Position numbers and translations under genes: made by a program | From: Hyphochytrium catenoides | Taxonomy: Eukaryota > Protista > Hyphochytriomycota | Direction of reading: 5' to 3' | NCBI GenBank assembly: GCA_900088475.1 | Contig: FLMG01000547.1 | Location: 1-64,000, forward strand | DNA length: 64,000 nt | Shown here: one piece after another, positions 58,101-64,000 of the stretch | How the letters are laid out: every line of letters begins with the position of its first letter | Numbering within the stretch: the first letter of the stretch is position 1 | Notes under the pieces: model-generated | The model's database searches: none | Told to the model about the DNA's origin: nothing | The model's input: only the letters and a program-made list of their open reading frames with translations

Positions 58101-61100
58101 ATCCACGCTTGGTTGTCGCGGCTGGACAGACTAAAGGTAGGGACTGATAGGAAGATATCTATCTTATCTTCAAAGACTCATCACACTGATGCAGGTTATG
58201 CTGAGTACTCAGGTGGTAATGGGTCAAATTCCCTTTATTTTGATTACTTGGTAGGAGACAACCACGTAAGCAACGCCGTCGACCTCCACGATTACCGATC
58301 AGTTGAACTCAATGAAGGCGCTATATTCAGGTAAAAGGACAACCTGCCTGACCGTAAGATTGCCCATCTCAATCCTTAATACTCTTTTTACTTTGTATTG
58401 CGTACTCCGCGATGGCTAGGCATGTGACAAAGGGTGTGGCTACTCAGCCCGCATCGCTTTCACTTATTGGAATACTAGGGGTGCAATCCGTGAATATCAA
58501 TAGTCCGGGCATCAGGGTGGATGGCACAGCAGCGAAGGTGGTGAAGGTGCATTTCTCTCCGAACAGTCCTCCAGGGGCTTACACTTTGGGCCAGTCCCTA
58601 GATATTATCGTTGTATTCAACAAGTAAGTGTGAATGTCTTCAACTAACCTGCCGTAAGCTTACTTATCATCGACCCGCCGGTGACAGATATGTCTTTTTA
58701 GATGATGCGGAAGGGTCGCCAACCCTCGTCTTGAACACGAGGGAAGGCAATGCTAATGCTGCCGAGCAGGAGGCCATTCTTCTCGCGCCATCAGATCCCA
58801 CGTCGATACTGGCCATGACCTTCCGCTACACTGTGCAGGCGGGAGACACTTCGTCAGACCTTAAATATCTTGACTCTAGGTCTCTACGCCTGAATGGGGC
58901 TAGATTATTAACGGCAATCTCTACTTTAGCTCTCGGTACGGTAAACTGTAGCCGTGGTAGTGCCGTTCAGCTATCCCCTCTAGACTGACATAAACTTTCG
59001 TCTCTCTCTTTTCTTGCTGTGTTATAGGCGCAAAGCCCATCCAGCACGCCCTTACCCAGCTTCCTTCACCTGGGCTGTTAGGAGGAGGAAGGAGTGTCTC
59101 GACTCCAGGAGTCGTAGCCACTTCTGTTGCTCAACTCAGTACTTCCACCGCCGCGGGTAGCTACGGCAGAGGCGAGGCCATTTTCATCCATGTTCGCTTT
59201 TCACATGACGTGGATGTCAATGGACCTGGAGTTCCTTCGCTCGCGCTCAATGTGCAGCCAGCCGGAGTTATGGCACGATATCAAAATGGGTCTGGGACTC
59301 CAACTCTCACCTTTCTCTACCAAGTGGGGGTGAGTGATGCCACCGTTTGCAATATCATGTTGACATTCTGACTTCTAGTTTGAGTTTAGGCGGGCCAAAT
59401 GGTCAGTGCGCTCAACAAAAGGGATGACGCGGCGTTGACCTGTCCCTCGTGTGCCATTGTCAATCGCAACAGCGACCCTTGTAGCCTATCACTTGCTGGT
59501 GTGGACTTGGACCCTGCAACCATCACGATTGACCAGACACCACCAAGAATCACCAGCGTCGCTGTCCTGACGCCACTTCCAACCGGTGCGAGTTCTCACC
59601 TCATGAACCATGAGGACTTTCTATACATTTAGGCCCTCCTTGTACTGATACATACGTACGGCACACCGCAACAGGCAAACGGTTCACCGTGGGTGACGAA
59701 GTGGTCATCCGAGTGATGTTTGACTTGCCTGTCTGGATATCCCCTTTAGCTCAAACTGTTCAACAACAGGCCCCCGTGATTCAGCTCGACGTACAGTCTC
59801 TCAAGGCCCGCTACGCGAGGTAACCATATGCGTGCATCACAGTAGGCGTTCTTTTTTACATACCATAATCTTGCACAGGTTTAGTGGCTTTGGGCCGGGT
59901 GGTGCGGGTCTGGATTATAGAGATCTTCGTTTTGTTTACATCGTCCAGCCCGAAGACTCCTCACCGGACTTGCTTTATAAGAGCTCCACCGCACTAAGGA
60001 TGCCTCCGGGTTCTGGAGCAATTATGAGGCTTGCCACAAACCCTGAGGGGCTAGCCGACCCCACACTGCCCTCACTCTTGCTGGTTCACACCCTTTCCCT
60101 GACGGCGGATCCGATAAAGATTGATACCACCATTGTTCCGGTGGTCGTTAGGGTCTTTGCTGTCGACGCTAGCGGACTCTATGCTCCTGGTGATGTACTC
60201 ACAATACGGATTGAGTTTTCGGAGCCCGTAGCTGTCAAAGGGTCACCTGTTCTCTGGCTTCAGACAGGGCAGGACAGTGGGGCAGAGTACAGCTCTGGAA
60301 GTGGTACTAGATGGCTAGACTTCACTTACGAAGTGAGGCCCTCAGACCGATCAACTAGGCTTCGATATTGTGACACTAATGCGCTGCAGACCCCAAACAG
60401 CTCTGCCATCCTGTTATCGAGCACCAATCCCTTCACTCCAGTTGATTTACTACTTCCCGTGCCAGGCTCTCCATTGAGCCTGGACGGCTCAAGCAGCCTC
60501 GCCTTGGATGGCAAACCGCCCTATGTTGAGAGAATCTATGCGTCGGACCAGACAGGTGATTCATGGTTTTTTCTTCTTAAATTGTTTGGAAGTTCACAAA
60601 GTTTAACGCGTCATCCATGACTGCTAGGGACTCAACTGTCGCGTGGGGTAGAGATAAGCCTTGGGGATGAAATATCCATTTCCATCCAGTTTTCTGCTCC
60701 TGTGGCGGTTGACGTGTCAGTGGGAAGACCCTTTTTGGCTCTCTACGCAGGTCAGACACACCGGCCGGCTACATATGTTTCAGGCAGTGGTTCAAAGCGG
60801 CTGCTTTTCAGTTATAGGGCGCAGACAGGTAACCTAACACCTCTAATCCATTTTGCCTAGCTTACCCTTAACCCTTGTTACATGGAAGGCGATGACACGG
60901 ACCTCCTAGACTACACCAACACTAGTGCCCTGAATCTGAATGGCAGCACCATCAAGCGCGCGTCTTCACGACCAATGCTTAACGCAGACTTACATCTAAA
61001 TCCACCTGGTGGCCGGCTGTATGGCAACCGAGAGGTCTCGGCAGAGTTTGGACAAGGTCGTTTTCAGGATCTTAGAGTGGACAAGGCTGCGAATGACTAT

Positions 61101-64000
61101 CGTTTGCGCTTTGTATCCGGTACGCGTCCATCGCAATGCTCACACTCTTCTCTCTCTCTCCCCCCATCTCTCATGTTCCTTACGATGATGCATATATTCT
61201 TTCATATCTCGGTAGTTTAACTGTACTTGCTTTTCCTTCGTTCAGGCGGAAGCGATATTGTGACCGCTCAAGAGCTAAATGTCTCACACTCTTCTGAGTT
61301 TGAGCTTAAGAGTCGTGACTCGAGGGCTGGGGATCAGTTCGGCTGGAGCGTCTCTGTAAATGAGGATTTTGCCTTAATCGGCGCCCCGCATGTCAGAAGT
61401 CGACGATTTGCTTCTCAGGTTGTTCGAACGACTAGTGGGGCGGCAGAGGTGCGGCCTGAGATACAGGTAGTGAAAATCTCAGACAGATGGCGTGACGCAG
61501 TGCAGGAGGTCGTCTCCTCTGCAGCGGAGGGCACCGAGATCTCTGGCACTTTCAAGGTCTTCCTAGGAGGAAGAGGTTCTCGCTCATTGCCAAGTGACAT
61601 CAAGGCTAGTACTATGCAGGTAAGCAGATCAGCTTTCCAAGACCAACAGTAGCTTGTTTTATCTATCGCCATGATGTCTCTAAAAAAACTCAATGAATCC
61701 AGGTTTATCTTTCGCACGATTGGGACTTTCTGGTCGAGGTAGAAAGAAGCCCAAACTATGACTGTGGCTGTGAGGGCGCCTTCGTGTGGAGAATTACGAT
61801 AAGAAACCCTGTTGGGCCTATCCCCAAATTGACTGTTCAGGCTGCCCTGTCACCTGCCAGCGCCACCATTGGAGGAGGGGATAGCCCTAACACTGCCATT
61901 GAGCTGCAGTCGGTGCGCAAGGTGTCTGGCACTTTCGCATTGATGACCATGGTCGGTGGGGCACTGAAACAAACCCCAGACATCCCAACGGACTGCATGG
62001 GGCCTACTCTTGCTTCAGCCATCTCCAGCCACCTTCTACTTCCGGTGCGGGAAGTGGAACGCCAAGGCCCGGATGCTCACGCCGCCTACTCATGGACTAT
62101 CACCTTTGACTCCACCATAAACAACTATGACATGCCCCAGCTACAAATATCGGCTTCAGATATTGAGGGAAACATGCCTCAGGTACCCACGACCGCATCT
62201 TATATCATTCCTTCCCCACCGATATCTAGAGTCGCTTTTCAATCTCTTCCGTACAAGGTCGGGGCTTCGGGTCTCCCTTCGTCATAGTCAAGCGACACGG
62301 CAATTTATGTTCTGCTCGAGTTGCCTCTTTCTAGTTTTGACTTTAGCGCGTTTTGCATCGTGGCGCTGGTCTTCGTTTCTCAATCAACTCTTTCTTCCGG
62401 AAGATTTCCGCCTACACACTGCAGGAAGGTGAAGCACCAATCTCAGGGTCCTTTAAACTGCGTTTCCGTTCTGGCATTTTTGAGTCAACGACGCCTGCTA
62501 TTCCACACGATGCCACGGAAGGCGCCATGGAAAGTGCTCTGCTTTCCCTTTCTCAAGTCATTTCTGACGTAAGAGTAAAACGCACGGGACCAGATGGACA
62601 TGGTGGGCACAGCTGGACTATAACCTTCCTAGAGGTTAAGGAGCAAACTTCCCGAGAATTTATAGAGGACAACGTGCAAAATTTGAAGCTAATGGTCCCT
62701 GTGACGACGGAATATGTAAGTGCTGCTGTCGGCGATTTGTCCTAGTCCCATACTTTGTCAATATCCACCATATTCTCTGGGGTTGTTGGGTGCTGACCTG
62801 GACCATCAGGGTGCTAGGACATTGCGCGGGACTGGAGCGCAAGTAACAGTGGACTACGAGTTGCGTGATGCTGCAGTCCTCAATTTACCTGCAACCGCGG
62901 TTGGAAGAGAAGGCGACAAGGTTGGGGCGGCGTACATCTTCCAGCGCAAGTCAAAGCAGGTGGGCTTACGTTTAAAGCTGTCATTGTAGATAGATTGTGG
63001 GTGGACACTAGAGGGAAGAGGCCTGATGTCCACTCTTCTTATTAATGGTGTCTATCCGCCCATTTCTCACGTTGTTATACGTTCCCCGTGCCCGCTTGCG
63101 CGCCCTTCCGCCAACCCCTCATATAGTGGTGGCAGCCCGTGCATTCACGCCTTGTAGCCGACGACGGGGATCCGGGTGATCTCTTCGGCTTTAGCGTCGG
63201 TCTCAGCCTTCCACACGCGATTGTTGGAGCTCCCTTTTCTAAGATCTACGGAGAATTTGCTCGCCAGACCCTCACATGCAGTGCGTTCCGTGGATCTTTT
63301 AAACTCAACTATGGACCGCATGCAACAGATGCTATCACGTGGAATGTAACACAGGACCAGCTGCACGCAAGGCTTCTTACTATCACAGCCATCTCTTCTG
63401 TTATGGTTCAAGACTACGCAGGACCCTTGTGCTCAGGTGTGTGTGCACTGACTATGGTGCCCTTTTGATCCCATTCTCCCGTCTCGTAGCTTTCCCTAGC
63501 ATTCAAGCTCTGGGCTAGGTGAGTGAAGGGAAAATGTACTCTATCTGACTCAGTCCTCACTCTTAGGTCAAGCGGTTGATATCACTTTCACGTATCACGG
63601 ACCTAGTGCGGGAGATGTGCCTGTCCTAGTACCTGATGTGGAACACTTGTACAGTGATCGAGAGATTCCTGTCAACGTTGTTGTGGAAAGGGAAGGCTCC
63701 TACTACCCACAAGCACCGCGGTCAGTCTCACAAGGTGCTGCCTACCTCTTCCGGTATCAGGGCCCCGAGCTCGAATGGGAGCAGATTACGAAGCTTTCAG
63801 ATCCTACCGGAGGGCTGCAGAATGAGTTTGGCTGGGCCGTCGCAGCTGATGGGAATCTAGCTGTGGTAGGGGCTCCAGCCACTGATGGGGAAGCTGGAGC
63901 GGTATACGTATACTCCTTTGTGAGTGGAGAGTGGCAGTATCGGTTTCCTCTGCGACGCTCTAGGTTCAAGCGACACCCAGGAGGTCGCTTCGGCCATAGT
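55149..64000 (+). CDS. Giant secreted repeat protein (Ig-like repeats, 8 adhesin-like repeats, FG-GAP blades, 'WTITF' repeats); runs off the window
   Basis: Signal peptide MRRLILSHPLIKPTIQLILVLYICLI|GVCG and many short GT-AG introns. Repeats G.Y..GD.I.I.V.F...V.V.G.P.L and L.F.Y.V..GD.S..L.Y; FG-GAP motifs (GDQFGWSVSV..DFALIGAP, GDLFGFSVGL...HAIVGAP, NEFGWAVAADGNLAVVGAP); SGSFKLRF..T..IPHDA...MESAL..L...WTITF. Confidence 0.85.

Overview
Eukaryotic genomic DNA (about 50% GC, short GT-AG introns mostly 50-150 nt, standard genetic code). It most likely comes from a flagellated stramenopile; this is inferred from enkurin and the giant repeat protein. The left ~18 kb is a repeat-rich, degenerate compartment with (GA)n tracts, a diverged ~750-bp direct repeat pair, an N gap and decayed ORFs. 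In and next to it lie three intronless genes for secreted proteins: a degenerate alpha/beta-hydrolase, a tandem disintegrin-repeat protein and a mucin-CBM-VWD(GDPH)-EGF protein. Next comes a spliced eukaryotic homologue of the bacterial peptidoglycan epimerase MurL. A housekeeping block follows (enkurin, BTF3/NAC-beta, TBC1D23, gamma-glutamyl hydrolase, small ankyrin protein), then a claudin-like tetraspan-ankyrin fusion and a 7TM(GPCR-like)-TKL kinase fusion. The right part holds an intron-rich, frame-intact tyrosine-recombinase + GCR1_C-like gene (Crypton-like transposon), an intronless bacterial-type GNAT acetyltransferase and the 5' part of a giant secreted Ig-like/FG-GAP repeat protein. 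The strongest leads are the intron-bearing MurL, the Crypton-like recombinase hidden across at least 8 exons, and the two fusion membrane proteins. Family assignments come from motif recognition only; no database searches were run.
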